NCBI RefSeq assembly: GCF_006345805.1
Contig: NC_043024.1
Coordinates: 5,456,001-5,520,000, forward strand
Direction of reading: 5' to 3'
From: Octopus sinensis
Taxonomy: Eukaryota
DNA length: 64,000 bases
The first letter of the stretch is position 1. Every line of letters starts with the position of its first letter. The position numbers and the translations under genes are program-made. Under the pieces are notes generated by a model. The model did no database searches and was not told the DNA's origin. It saw only the letters and a list, made by a program, of their open reading frames with translations. Below are positions 40,601-54,644 of the stretch, one piece after another.

Positions 40601-41037
40601 AGTTATCGCGGCACGGAATTTCAGTGCCACCGACGTGTCCAAGGTGCGAGTTGGACGATGAAACCGTCCAGCACGCTTTTGTACACTGTCGGAAGTTGTC
40701 CGACTTGATAAGTTACGCAGAACACGTGTTATCGCATCTGGGACGAGTACAGCTGTCGGCTGAGTCTATGATTAAGATGATACCGCCAACTGGACTCTCG
40801 AAGGAACGTGAGGCATGTTTTCACTGCACGGTTGCAGTAGTAAAAGAATGCATGTGGCGAACAAGAATGGAAGGAGTCGCGATAGGATCCTTTGTCTCGG
40901 GCCCCGGCTTGCTCACTTACTTCAGATATCATCTGAAGAGCAAAATGGGGCTGGAAAAGAGGATCTTACCACGGGGTGTGTATGAGAAAAGATGGAAGGA
41001 AGTGGAAAAAAAGGTGGGTGTCAGAAACCCAGCTTAA
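37647..41037 (+). pseudogene. Tx1-like ORF2 (APE endonuclease, RT, C-terminal CCHC), several frameshifts
   Basis: CVNVRG, VYAPN, GDFN, SYLDRIF, GYWKLN, KSPGLDGLPYEFY, DQSKAFDRVDH, RQGCPLSP, YADD, GGLG, CPRC..ETVQHAFVHC. Confidence 0.92.
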
Positions 41038-42588
41038 CTATGGAGGGAGGAGAGGAAAGAAAAGCTGCGGGGCCTTATAAATTGCCGGGGTTTAAAACTT
41101 CGGTAAGATCGAAAGTTTATGTAATGTTATAATATTCTATTGGTCATGTAAAGGACAATTTACAGACGAATTTTTATAATGAATAATCCAAATGTTATGG
41201 AAAATTTTTAATCGAACCTCTTAACTGTTTTTTGCATGTATGTCCTGTATTTGTCCTTCTATGTAACGATTGTATAATCATAATAAAGAAATATGGAGTT
41301 AGCTCCCGTTGTTCATTGTCAAAACTCTTCCTCATTAAGTGTATTTCTTGTTCTTGTTTCTCACGCACCTTCATTGTTTGATCAGTTCCACTTGACAACT
41401 GATATTTAAGAGAAAATCCAATCAAATATATACAAATGATTGGTAATTAACTGTCTAAACAAACAGATACAGCATTTACGATTATGTGGACCTGAAAAAT
41501 ATTAATTAACGTTTGATGTAGAAACCTAGAAATTCTCTTGAAGCTGTCGTTGTCCACTCTGACTCCAGTTCTCACATCTTCCTCCTTCACTCTTTCTCTC
41601 CATATCTATTACTATGTAAGTATTTATTTAAACATTTCTATTATATATGTGTCGTATTATGTACATTTATTTGTTTCGATGTGTTGAGAATGTTAAAAGG
41701 AAAAAAATCTCACTAAGACGAAATTATACGAAAGGCTGTAATTTTAATACTTTCATTGTGTTGTCGTTTTCTTTTAGACATTTCATTGCACTTTTGGTTA
41801 TTTCTAAATTATTTGTAAAAACGTCGGATCAATCCCTTGTTTAGATAACATTTTCTTTCTTTCTAACGTGTAAATTCGACAATTTCGTTAAATGCGGGAA
41901 AATTACGATGTAATTAGTAAGAAATGGGGAATGTATAAAAATACGAGTGTGCACTTGAAATACTGAAACGAAAAGCAAATATCGTATCGAGAGGAAATGA
42001 AACGGCTTTTATTTGAGACGTAGTAAGTCTTTATTTCTGGTGGTTCTTCTACATCATTAAAAGTTAGAATTAATATATTTTTCTAATTTATTTAATTTTG
42101 TGTGTGTGTGGAGTGCTGCTTTAAGCACCAAATATAATCCCTCGTCACATATTTTTATTTGGGGGGATTTTCAGAAATTTTTGCGTACGAGAATTCGTTC
42201 GGTCATGCAACCAAAAAAAGAAAAAGAACAACTGTGATTTATGAGCTATTTAGCTGTTATTTTTCGCACACCTCACGACCAGTATGGTAATAATTCTCTG
42301 CTTAAGTTCCTCTGGGCTTGCAGGAAGAGGGGAGACATAGACTAGGCCCTCCCTGAGAAAGAAATGGCTCAGGTGAACGTAGCGGCCATTTCAACAGCAC
42401 ATTGCCTTCTTCAGGACGCGCCAAACTCTTTGGAGGAATCTGGCTTTCATTCTCCACATCAACCAATAATTTTTCCTACATTAAAATTACCCCACTAAGG
42501 ATTTTGATGCTGTTAGTGAGACATCAATATTATTTACTGACATTTATTCATCTTTTATGCTCACCAAAATATTAACGTTGAGCTAACC

Positions 42589-42638
<50 letters not shown>

Positions 42639-43706
42639 GTGTGTGTGTGTATTTGTATATATGGCTCCAATGCAGGTGGCATGTAAAAAGTACCATTCGA
42701 GCATGATTGATGCTAGTGCTGCCTGACCCATGACGGTGGCACATACAAAGCACCATTCAAGCATGGTCGATGCCAATGCTACCTGACTGGCTCCGTGGCA
42801 CATAAAAGGCAACCGCTGCACGCTCAAACAGCATCAAGCTGTAGAAATCTTGCCTCATAAGATTGAAACTTTGTTCAGCCTCATGGCTTGCCAGTCCTCA
42901 GTCAAACCTCACAACCCATGCCAGCGTGGAAAGCAGATGTTAAACGATGATGATAAAGGTAGAGAAGGAGCGATGTCTGTTTTAGCAAACAAAGATACAA
43001 GACTGCAATGAAAACATCAGAAATCTAGTGTCATTTATATGTATATTAGTGTGTGTGTGTGGAAGTGTGTCTATGACAGACTTTACATTCCAGGAGTTGG
43101 TATTATAATAGATGTGTCTACTCTATGATATAAATATTTTGCTAATGCAGAAATTGGATAAATTTAATATTTCAGATAAAGAATTACTTCTACAATTTAT
43201 GAAAACAGAAATGTCGTAAATTAGCACTTTTGAATATCTGCCTTTTAAACATACTTTATGTCTTATATTATTTTTTCTATTCTTTCAGAAAATCACATGA
43301 AATTGGCTAAAAAGTATTCTTTACTTTTAAAGAATCATCAATATGTATCATGTTTGAAAGACTGCAAAGATATTCTACAAACATATAATCTTTCTTCTAT
43401 AAAACGTTGCTGAATTACAGTAATATATTTCCTCTGAGACAGAAAGCATTTCTTTACTTCTGAAATGTGCAAGAGATAATTTTCTCTTTTAAATATACTG
43501 TGATAGATTTTGAAACAGTATTTGCGACATTTTTTAATATTGGCATTGACCACATTTAGAAATATAAGAGAAGTGATATTTGTTTGGAATAAACTATAAA
43601 AGTCAAAAGAAGCAAAATATCCATATATTTTGGTGAGAGGAGAAATATTTTTGAAAAGTTGTTGATCTGTACAACTTGAAGGATTGATTATATTTTTCTT
43701 GAAGAG

Positions 43707-44646
43707 ATGTCGGAAGAATTAAGAAAATCATCATATGACTGTGACATCTGCAAAGAGTCATTCTTAGAAGAAAGTAAATTCAATCAACACAAACAAATTC
43801 ATGCAGGGGAAGCACCATATCGCTGTGATATTTGTGGTAAATCATTGTCTGACAGGAGTAGCTTTGCTCGTCACAAACGTATTCATACAGGAGAAGCCAT
43901 ATCACTGTAGTATCTGTGGTAAATCATTCTCTCATGCTCAAAGCTTAGCTATTCACAAACAAATCCATACAGGGCAGAAACCATATCACTGTGATATCTG
44001 TGGTAAATCATTCTCTGATGGCAGTAACTTAACTCAGCACAAAGGTATTCATACAGGGGAGAAACCATATCGCTGTGATATCTGTGGTAAATCATTCTCT
44101 CGTTATCATAGCTTAGCTATTCACATACGTATTCATACAGTGGACAAAACATATAACTGTGATATCTGTGGTAAATCATTCTATCAAAGTGGTTACTTAA
44201 CTATACATAAACGTATTCATACAGGGGAGAAACCATATACCTGTGATATCTGTGGTAAATCATTCTATCAAAGTGGTAACTTAACTAACCACAAACGTGT
44301 TCATACAGGAGAGAAACCACTTCATTGTGATATCTGTGGGAAATCATTATCTAGGGGCAGTAGCTTATCGAAACACAAACGTATTCATACTGGGGAGAAA
44401 CCATATCACTGTGATGTCTGTGGTAAGTCATTCTCTCAAAGCAGCAGCTTAACCAATCACATACGTATCCATACAGGAGAGAGTCTGTATTCTTGTGATA
44501 TCTGTGGTAAGTCATTCTCTCAGGACAGTGGCTTAACTCAACACAAACGTATCCATACAGGAGAGAAACCATATTCCTGTGATATCTGTGGAAGATCATT
44601 TACTTATAGCGGTAGCTTAACTACTCACAAATGGATTCATACATGA
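43707..44646 (+). pseudogene. C2H2 zinc-finger gene A' (11 fingers), frameshift near 43892
   Basis: Same N-terminus as A; 2-nt loss in the acaggggagaag linker; ORFs 43707-43910 and 43801-44646 (could be a sequencing error). Confidence 0.88.
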
Positions 44647-44832
<186 letters not shown>

Positions 44833-46040
44833 TAATATCTGTGGTAAATCTTTCTCTCAGAACAGTGGCTTAACTCACCACAACCGTATTCATACAGGGT
44901 AGAAACCATACCCTGTGATATCTATGGTAAGATGTTCTCTGGAAACAGTCACTTAACTAAACACAAATGCACACACTCAAGAAATCAATCAAGTGATATC
45001 TGTGGCAAATCATTTACACAAAATCATTTCTGATTTAAACAGAAGTCTTTCCTTATGAAGTGGGTCCATAACACAGTGATATTTGTTGTATAACATTTCC
45101 TCAGAAGGACAAAGGACGTATCTCATAAAGACATCCACAGAATATAGAAACTATATGAATGTGACATCTATGGTAAATCTTTGACATGAAATCATCCATT
45201 ATTGAATCAAAAGAGCATTGACAGAGGAAGGAAAACATATCACTGTGATGTTAAACCTGAATCATTCTTTCAAAATGGTGAATTGTTTGTACACAGTCCT
45301 ATTAATATGAAAGATATAACTGTAACCTAAGCTATTTTTGATAAATCAATCTATGAAACTGGATCAATTATTGAAATGTAAATGCATTCATACAGAAGAG
45401 GAACCACGATGATGATGATCCTCATCATTTAACATTCTCCTATTCATGCTTCTGTGAATCAGATGGAATTCATTGATGGCGATTTTCTACATCTGGGTCC
45501 CTTTCTTGTGACCAATTTTCACCTGTTTCCAAGCAAGGAAATATCTTCCCTGGTGAGACATATTTTACACAGAGGACTGGAAGTGAACAACTGCACAAGT
45601 ATGACGGCCATGATGGCCCTTTACGAACATCACATAATATCTGGACATGGGTACACACACATACAGACACATGTATGTCTGAAGAATTTCTTATAGGAAA
45701 TATCTTACATGTTTTCTACACATATAAGAGTTTGTAATTCCTATTAGGAAATGAAACACATGTAATGCTGAATAAATAATATCAAACTTTTCTCCGGTCT
45801 CCTTATGTGATTTGTAATTACCTTGCAAAAAATATTATCCAAACCTCCCACAAAAATAATGTACGTGTAATATAATTTTAGAAGGTGGGTGATGTTCTGA
45901 TGGAGAGATTAAAGAAAGGTAGAGAGAGACAGATGATGGTGGTGGTTGTGATGGTGAATACAGAGTGAAAAGTAATGTTTTTTTTTCACTTGAACTGATG
46001 TGTTACATTATATTGTGACCCCTATATTTTACATATAAGG

Positions 46041-49000
46041 AACACTGACGGGGTTGGTGGCGTGGGTATACTTATCGCTGAGAAATGGGTAGATAAAGTA
46101 ATTGAGGTAATCAGAGTATGTGACAATACTTAAGATTAGATTAGTGCTTCATCATGGATTAGCAACCATGATATCGGCCTATGCTCCTCAGCCGGGGTTA
46201 CCTGATGGACAGAAAGACCGATTCTATGACACTCTGCTGCAGACTACCTCGTTGACGAACGACAGAGACCTTCTCTTTGTGGCTGGTGACTTCAATAGTC
46301 ACGTTGGACGACATGCTGGGGGCTTACATGGAGGCTATGGCTATGGTTCCTGCAATGAGGAGGGAACCAGGTTGCTGGAGTTCCGCGATGCAAATAATCT
46401 TATGATTTGCAACACTAACTTCAGGAAACCTACCAGCCAAATTGACTACATCCTTGCCAGGCAAAGGGAGAGATGGCTACTTATAAATGCCAAAACCTTC
46501 CCAGGCGAAGAATGTACCCCACAACATAGACTGGTAGTTAGTGACTTTAGGATCAGGACTAAGAGGACAACCAGAAGACGACCAACATGGAGAAGAAGGA
46601 TCTGGAAGCTTAAAGATCCTACGAATGGACAGAGATTTAGGGACATGCTACTTGAAGCTTTTGACGAAGTAGAAGGGGATAGAGTATCACATGGGGTAGA
46701 GGGCAACTGGACGTTTCTAAGAGACAACCTGCTGAAAGCCACTGACCAGATCTGTGGCTGGTGCAAAGTCCCCTCTCGTCCCAAAGTAACGTGGTGGTGG
46801 AACAGTGTTGTAGACATGGCTATTAGAGAAAAGAGACAGACTTGGAAGGACTGGAAGAATGGTGGTAGCAGGGAATTGTATCAGACTGCTAAAAGGGAAG
46901 CTAGGAGACAGGTCTATCTAGCCAGAGGGGAAGCAGATAAGAAAAAATTTGCCAATGTTCTGTGCCGTGAGGACCAAAGACTGGAGGTGTTTTGCGTTAC
47001 AAGACAGTGTGTGAGAGAGAATTGTGTTCGCATGGTAGATGTTTCACTTGCGCTAAATGAGGATGCAAAGAGAGAGGTTTGGAGACACCACTATGAAAGG
47101 TTGCTGAATAAAGAAAATGAATGGGATAAAGAAAGTCTGCCGAATGTTGACCCAACAGAGGGACCAGCTATCAGAGTTGATAGTTCCTTGGTAGTTAAGG
47201 CAATTAGAAGCATGAAGACAGGGAAAGCCCCAGGCCCATCAGGAATTACTGCAGAGATGCTCAAAATATCTGGTAGTGTCGACTATAGCCTAGTCACCCA
47301 TATAGTTAATCAGGTGATACACGAAGGAGTCATACCCAATGACTGGTGTAGCAGCATAATAGTCAACTGCTACAAAGGTAAGGGTGACGCCCTAGATACA
47401 AATAATTACAGAGGTATCAAGCTGTTGGATCAGGTGATGACGGTTACAGAGAGGGTCATAACCCAACTAATTAGAGAGAGAGTTAGTTTAGATGAGATGC
47501 AGTTTGGGTTCGTGCCAGGTAAAAGTACCACTGATGCTATATTCCTGGTAAGGCAGCTGCAGGAGAAATACCTAGCCAAAGATAAGACCCTGTACCTGGC
47601 TTTCGTTGACATGGAGAAAGCCTTTGACAGGGTCCCCCGATCCCTCATCTGGTGGTCAATGAGGAAACTAGGGATAGATGAATGGTTAGTGAGAGCTGTG
47701 CAAGCCATGTACAGGGACGCTGCTAGTAAGGTGAGGGTTGGCAACGAGTACAGTGAAGAATTCCGGGTAGAGGTTGGGGTCCACCAAGGCTCAGTCCTCA
47801 GCCCCCTCTTATTTATCATAGTCCTACAGGCAATAACGGAGGAATTCAAGACAGGATGCCCCTGGGAGCTCCTTTATGCTGATGACCTTGCTCTAATTGC
47901 TGAGTCACTATCAGAACTGGAGGAGAAGTTTCAGGTGTGGAAGCAAGGTTTAGAATCGAAGGGCCTTAGAGTCAATCTAGCTAAAACCAAAGTCGTAATA
48001 AGTAGGAAGGTAGACAAATCACAAACGCCTTCAGGTAGATGGCCCTGCTCGATCTGTAGAAAAGGTGTAGGTAGAAACTCTATAAGATGCACCAAGTGTA
48101 AGCTATGGACACATAGGAGACGCAGCAATGTCAAAGGAAGGCTAACTAGGAAGATGGTTTTTGTATGTGGCAGATGCTCGGGAGCATTAACCTCTGAAAA
48201 TCTGCAGAAAACAACTTCCGTCACTTTTCAGGGGAAAAAACTAGAAGTAGTTGATAGCTTCCGTTACCTTGGTGACCAAGTCAGTAGTGGGGGTGGGTGT
48301 GCTGAAAGTGTAACGGCTAGAGTAAGAATAGCCTGGGCAAAGTTTAGGGAGCTCTTACCTCTGCTGGTGACTAAAGGCCTCTCGCTCAGAGTAAAAGGCA
48401 GACTGTATGATGCATGTGTATGAACAGCCATGCTACATGGGCCGTGACTGCTGAGGACATGCGTAAGCTCGCGAGAAATGAAGCCAGTATGCTCCGATGG
48501 ATGTGTAATGTCAGTGTGCATGCTCGACAGAGCGTTAGCACCTTGAGAGAAAAGTTGGACCTAAGAAGCATTAATTGTGGTGTGCAAGAGAGATGATTGC
48601 GCTGGTATGGTCATGTGGCGAGAATGGATGAAGATAGGTGTGTGAAAAAGTGCCAATCCCTAGCAGTGGAGGAAATCCATGGAAGAGGTAGACCCAGGAA
48701 AATTTGAGACGAGGTGGTGAAGCACGACCTTCGAACTTTAGGCCTCACTGAGGAAATGACCAGCGACCGAGACCTTTGGAAATATGCTGTGCATGAAAAG
48801 ACCAGGCAGGACAAGTGAGCCCAGCCCACTTATGCATGCCTTTCCTCCCTTGGACACACAAAGACCTGTTGAGTCAAGCGAAGTCGATATCGAACCTCAT
48901 CTGACGACAGGCACCCATGGCAACCCCCTTTGCTTGCGAAGACCTGTTGTGGCAAGTGAAATCGAAATTGAACCAATCCTATGACTGGCACCCGGCAGAT

Positions 49001-49402
49001 GCCAGGACCCCTGGACTGGAGATTCGTAAAAAGCACTATCCGAATCGTGGCCGAAGCCAGTGCCGCCTCGACTGGCTCCTGTGTCGGTGGCACGTAAAAA
49101 GCACCATCTGAATCGTGGCCGAAGCCAGTGCCGCCTCGACTGGCTTCCGTGCAGGTGGCACGTAAAATGCACCAATCCGTCCATGGCCAATGCCAGCCTC
49201 GCCTGGCACCAGTGCAGGTGGCACGTAAAAAGCACCCACTACACTCACGGCGTGGGTGGCATTAGGAAGGGCATCCACCTGTAGAAACATTGCCAGATAA
49301 GACTGGAGCCTGGTGCAGCCTTTTGGCCTCCCAGATCCCCGGTCGAACCATCCAACCCGTGCTAGCATGGATAACGCACGTTAAACGATGATGATGATGA
49401 TG
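46041..49402 (+). mobile_element. 5'-truncated RTE-clade LINE, paralog of 10841-14172 (767-aa open stretch 46120-48423)
   Basis: APE C-half, RT with YADD, same 5' junction, same premature TGA and small deletion as copy 1, (ATG)n tail. Confidence 0.95.
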
Positions 49403-49699
49403 TAATTTTTTTAGTATACACTTCTCATGTTTTAGATAAGAAATTGTGCCCATGTAAATTTTAAAATGTAATTTTTTTCTGTTTATGAGAAAACTGGAAA
49501 AATATAAGCGAATATTTATTTTATGATTGCTGTGTCTATAAAATTGTGCATAAAGTGTATTAAGTAATTACAGTATTCCAATTTCCTTCAGTTTTCAGTG
49601 AGTAGCAGATGAGCGACTATCTTTTGATGCAGACACAATACAGGCTCCACTTTAGAGTGTTTTGGTTTCAGGAATAACCCAATAGGGTGAATCCTTTCT

Positions 49700-50110
49700 T
49701 TTTGACAATGGTCGGGCATTGTCTTGTTGGAAGACTAATGCTTTTCTGTTGGTAATCTCCAGCCGCAGTTCTTTGATATATTTTGGCTCAAATTAGCCAG
49801 TTGACGACAGAACACATCAGAATTAATGGTCTGGTTTTATGGGAGAAGGTCATAATAAACAATGCCTTTATGATCTCACCAAACACAAAGCACAGGTGTG
49901 TTGCCATGGATATTCATCTTTGGTTGCTTGGAGGATATTTCTTCAAACTCCAGGATCAGTTTTACACAACATTAAACATGAAATCCGTTTTTCATCTCCA
50001 GTCACAATTCGTTTCCAAAGAAGGGCATGCTTTCTTTCCATTTCAAAAGCATATCCCAAATGGAATACTGGTCCCAGCAATTCTTTTCTGGTTGTTTCAA
50101 GCACCCATAT
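49700..50110 (-). mobile_element. mariner transposase remnant
   Basis: Paralog of 14715-15125. Confidence 0.75.
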
Positions 50111-50521
50111 ATTAGAATAAGATAGAAAGAGGGACAGAGAGAAGCGTACATAATATGTGATAGGGGGAACATAATATTTATTACATCGTTAAAAACGTTA
50201 GTTGAAGTTAATGATATAGAGACGTTAGCAATATAATTTTAGCAGAGTGGTGATGTTCTGATGGTGAGATTTAAGGTAGAGAGAGAGAGAGATGATGGTT
50301 GTGGTGGAGGAAATGGTGATGGACAGTGCATAGTTAAAAGTAACTTGTTTTTAATTGAACAAAGTTTTTTACATCACGTATTGCAGAATCGTATGAATTT
50401 CCGTGTAAAAAGTACAAAATCAATAATTTGATATTTCACACCCATTTTTTACATGAACAAAATGACAGCTTCCAAATATTGTTTTCTAAATGGGTAAGAA
50501 TGATCAAACTTTAAACCACAG

Positions 50522-53500
50522 TGTTACACATTCATATCTATGTGTATACGCAGGTATACGTATGTAGAATACATCCGCACTTTTGGCACTATTTTGTTAG
50601 TAACAGTACGAACTGTGTCTAAAGTATATATGTATCACTACGCTGAATGTAGTCCAGTTTGTGTAACATGAAAAAGTAAATAAACACGTAAAACAATAAC
50701 AATGGCTTCATATTGGTTGTTTATCCCATTAGAACGAAATAACACATAACATGGTGGCAGTGGTGGGATAATTAATCGGAAACTGTGCCTTTACAACAAA
50801 ACAGAAACACAACGAACCAGAAATTAACAAACAAAACATCGCTTCGTCTTCGGACACACATACACGAGAATCAAAAATGGCGACCCCCGTCACCGTACAG
50901 ATGAATTTACATCCAATCATGAACTGGGACTCCGATGATATCGTGGAAGCGTTTAAGAAATTCAAAACACAACTAGCTTTCGAAAGTTTCCTGAAAGGCA
51001 CGACTGAAGATGAAAAGGTAAGCTATATCCTTTTATGGACGGGCAAAAAATGTCTAGACCTATTCAATAGCTGGGACATGTCAGAATCGGATTGCAATAA
51101 CCCAGACACACTTTTAGAGGAATCTGAAAGGCACCTAGAACCCAGATCGAACCATAGAATTCACAGATTCGAATTCCAGGGCCTAAAACAAGACCCACAA
51201 GAAACGATTGACAATTTCCTGTCCAGACTAAAGAACGTTGCTGAAAAATGCAAATTCAAAGATAAGGACAAAAGAATTGTTGATCAATTAATAGGGGTGT
51301 GTGCTCATAAAGAAGTTCAGAAATCCCTCATAGGTATGGACGCTCTCCAGTTGATAGATCAGTAAACACTGCAAGAACATTCAAAGCCACTACCAAACAA
51401 ATGGCCTCACTTAGCTTGCAAACAAGCTCACTAGGCAGCAGTATAGATATTGCATCTAGGCACAAGACGAAACGCACCCGCAAACAAAGAACATGCCAGT
51501 ACTGTGGTACAGAGCATGAGTTCGACAACCAGAAGAAATGTCCTGCATTCGGTACACACTGCAAAGCATATGGAAAACCTAACCACTGGGAAAAAATGTG
51601 TAGGTTGGCAAAATCCCAGAAATACAAGCCCCAATTTTCAAAGAGAAGACAAAGAGATATACATGCACAACTACAGGAACAAAACACCTCAGAGGAGGAA
51701 TTCTTGGCAGTCGGCACAATAAATGTGCATGAGATGGGAAATGACGACCAGAAAAAAAATGAGGCATACACAACAATAGGAATACAAAAGAAGTCTGGCA
51801 AGAAACGAATAAACATTGACTTAAGGCTGAAGATTGACACTGGAGCCCAGAGTGATATCTTGCCTGTCAACCTCTACAAAAAGGTGTTCCCAGAACACAT
51901 GACACGAGAGGATAAAATCAAAGAAGGAGTCCTCACACCAAGTGATGTAATCCTCACTGCGTATGGAGGTACCAGGATTCCACAACTGGGCAAAACAACA
52001 ATCACAGGGACACACAAAGTAAAAACAATCAAGTGTTCTTTTTATGTCACAACAACAGAAGGTCCAGCAATTCTTGGACTCAATACCTGCAAAAAGCTAA
52101 ATATTGTGTCAATCAATGGTGAAGTGAAGGCAACTCCGAGCAGGATTGACAGAGATATGCCTATCAAAGACCGACCACCAATCACAAACAAAGAGGAACT
52201 GATAAGCATGTAACCTGAATGCTTTGACGATACAGTCGGGTGCTTTGTGAAATGTCGATACCATATAACAGTCGACCCCAATATCAAACCAATTGTTCAC
52301 CCACCTCGCCGCGTCCCTCTAGAACTAAAAAAGAAGCTGAAGACAGAGTTGGACAGAATGGAAAAAAAAAGAAATAATCACCAAAGTGACACGACCAACA
52401 GACTGGGTGAATTCAATTGTAATCAAGGAAAAACCCAGTGGTACCCTACGGATATGCCTCGACCCAAGGGACCTGAACAAGGCATTAAAAAGAGAGTACC
52501 ATCCAATTCCAACCCTTGAAGAAATCACACCATCATTGGATGCCAGTAATGGGTACTGGAATGTAAAGATAGACAAAGAGTCATCCATGCTCACTACCTT
52601 CAACACACCATTTGGCAGATATCGATTCAACCGACTCCCATTTGGATTGAAGGTGAGCCAAGATGTTTTCCAGCGCCAAATAGATGAGACCTACCAAGGC
52701 TGCAAAGGAGCAATTGGAATAGCAGATGACATCCAAGTGCATGGCAAGGATGAGACCACACATGACTTCAATTTACATGAAGCTATGGAGAAAACCCGAC
52801 AAGCAGGCATCAAACTCAATGCAGACAAGTGTGTGATAAAAGAAAAGGAGTGCAAACTCTTTGGAATTATATACTCTGCAGAAGGAGTGAAACCAGACCC
52901 CGTTAAAGTGGAAGCCATCAGAGACATTAAAGAACCTAAAGACAAGAAGGAACTCAGGAGCTTCCTGGGACTCATCCACTACATGGGAGCCTTCATACCC
53001 AAGCTGGCCGATCACACTGCAAATCTCCGAGAACTAAACAAAGATGACATAGAGTTTGATTGGTGTGCTTCACACACACAGGATTTCAAAGCAATCAAAA
53101 AGCTCATCAGTAAGGAGACAACTCTGCAATACTATGACAGACGCAAACCAGTAACACTCCAAGTCGATGCTTCTATGAGAGGAGTTGGCCCAGCACTGAT
53201 ACAGGAAGGTAAGCCCATTGCATATGCCTCGAAAGCTCTCTCACCCACAGAGACAAGGTACGCAGATATTGAAAGGGAACTCCTGGCAGTAGTATATGGA
53301 TGTGAAAAGTTCCATACATACCTGTATGGCAGACATTTCAATATTGAAACAGACCATCGCCCACTAGAACAAATACATAGAAAGAACCTGACAAAAGCAT
53401 CAGCCAGACTGCAAAGATTACTGTTAAGGCTTCAAACATACGACTATGATATCAGGTACAAGCCAGGAAAAGACCTGATATTGGCGGATGTTCTTTCCAG

Positions 53501-54194
53501 ACTATCCTCACATGATAAACAGGAGATGGAAGGACTAAGCATAAAGGTCCACCACATTATAAATGTAACAATCACCCATCAGCAGACAACGAGTACAACA
53601 CCTACTGCATCAGTGACAACACCCACAGAATCGTCATCCCAATGGGCACCAACCACCCATCAGCAGCCCAACAACACACCTCAGACACCAGTGCGAAGCC
53701 CAAGATCCACCAGGTGGAGAAAGAACATCCTGCCACCGATTGGATACCGTTAAAGAAAAAATATTTTCTCTTTTTATTCATGATAAAGTTTTTTCAAAAC
53801 AAAAGAAAAAAAATGAAAAGATAAGTAACTAATTCTGCTCGATTACAAAGCAGAGGCAGAATAATCTCACGGTTTCTGCTGCAGGATGGCCACCTCACGC
53901 TGACAATCCATTAGAGTAAGGGAGACTACTATATTTGTCTTCACTGCCAAAAGACCCCTTTTTTTTTTCAAGAAGAAAAGATGTTACACATTCATATATA
54001 TGCGTGTGTGGAATGCGTCCCCGCTTTTGGCACTATTTTATAAGTATTACTACGCCGTGTCTAAAGTTATATCGGTGTCGCTGCGCTGAATGTAGTCCAG
54101 TTCTTGTAACATGAAAAACTAAATAAACACGTAAAAGAATAACTATGCTTCGTATTGAGTTGTCTATCCCATTAGAACGAAACTACACATAACA
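50522..54194 (+). mobile_element. Gypsy LTR retrotransposon with both LTRs (50522-50751, 53982-54194); gag-PR-RT-RNaseH, integrase deleted
   Basis: PBS at 50752; IDTGAQ; IADD; VDAS..ERELLA..TDHRPL; purine tract aagaagaaaaga before the 3' LTR; stops and frameshifts. Confidence 0.93.
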
Positions 54195-54291
54195 GTGATG
54201 AAGCCGAATATTGAAGAAATCTCTTTCACAAAATACCAAATCTATAAAGTAAAGGCGCAATCCTTTAAAGACCGGAGTTAGTTCCCGTTGT

Positions 54292-54644
54292 GGAGGTGCA
54301 ATGGCCCAGTGGTTAGGGCAGCGGACTCGCGGTTTCGATTCCCAGACTGGGCGTTGTGAGTGTTTATTGAGCGAAAACACCTAAAGCTCCACGAGGCACC
54401 GGCAGGGATGGTGGTGATCCCCGCTGTACTCTTTCACCACAACTTTCTCTCACTCTTACTTCCTGTTTCTGTTGTACCTGTATTTCAAAGGGCGGGCCTT
54501 GTCACTCTCTGTGTCACGCTGAATATCCCCGAGAACTGCGTTGTGGAGTGCTCAGCCACTTACACGTTAAATTCACGAGCAGGCTGTTCCGTTGATCGGA
54601 TCAACCGGAACCCTCGTCGTCGTAACCGACGGACTGCTTCCATC
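54292..54644 (+). mobile_element. tRNA-derived SINE with 12-bp TSD
   Basis: tggcccagtggtta A-box, gtttcgattc B-box; TSD agttcccgttgt 54280-54291 / agctcccgttgt 54645-54656. Confidence 0.82.

Larger units (their letters stand above)
35994..41294 (+). mobile_element. Near full-length Tx1/L1-group LINE with 13-bp TSD, frameshifted
   Basis: ORF1 plus ORF2; TSD ggagttagttccc 35981-35993 / ggagttagctccc 41295-41307; empty paralogous site at 33836-33848. Confidence 0.92.

Noticed and set aside
46120-48423. Active RTE retrotransposon or domesticated RT gene
   Set aside because: 5'-truncated within the endonuclease, no true ATG start, premature stop and deletion shared with its paralog
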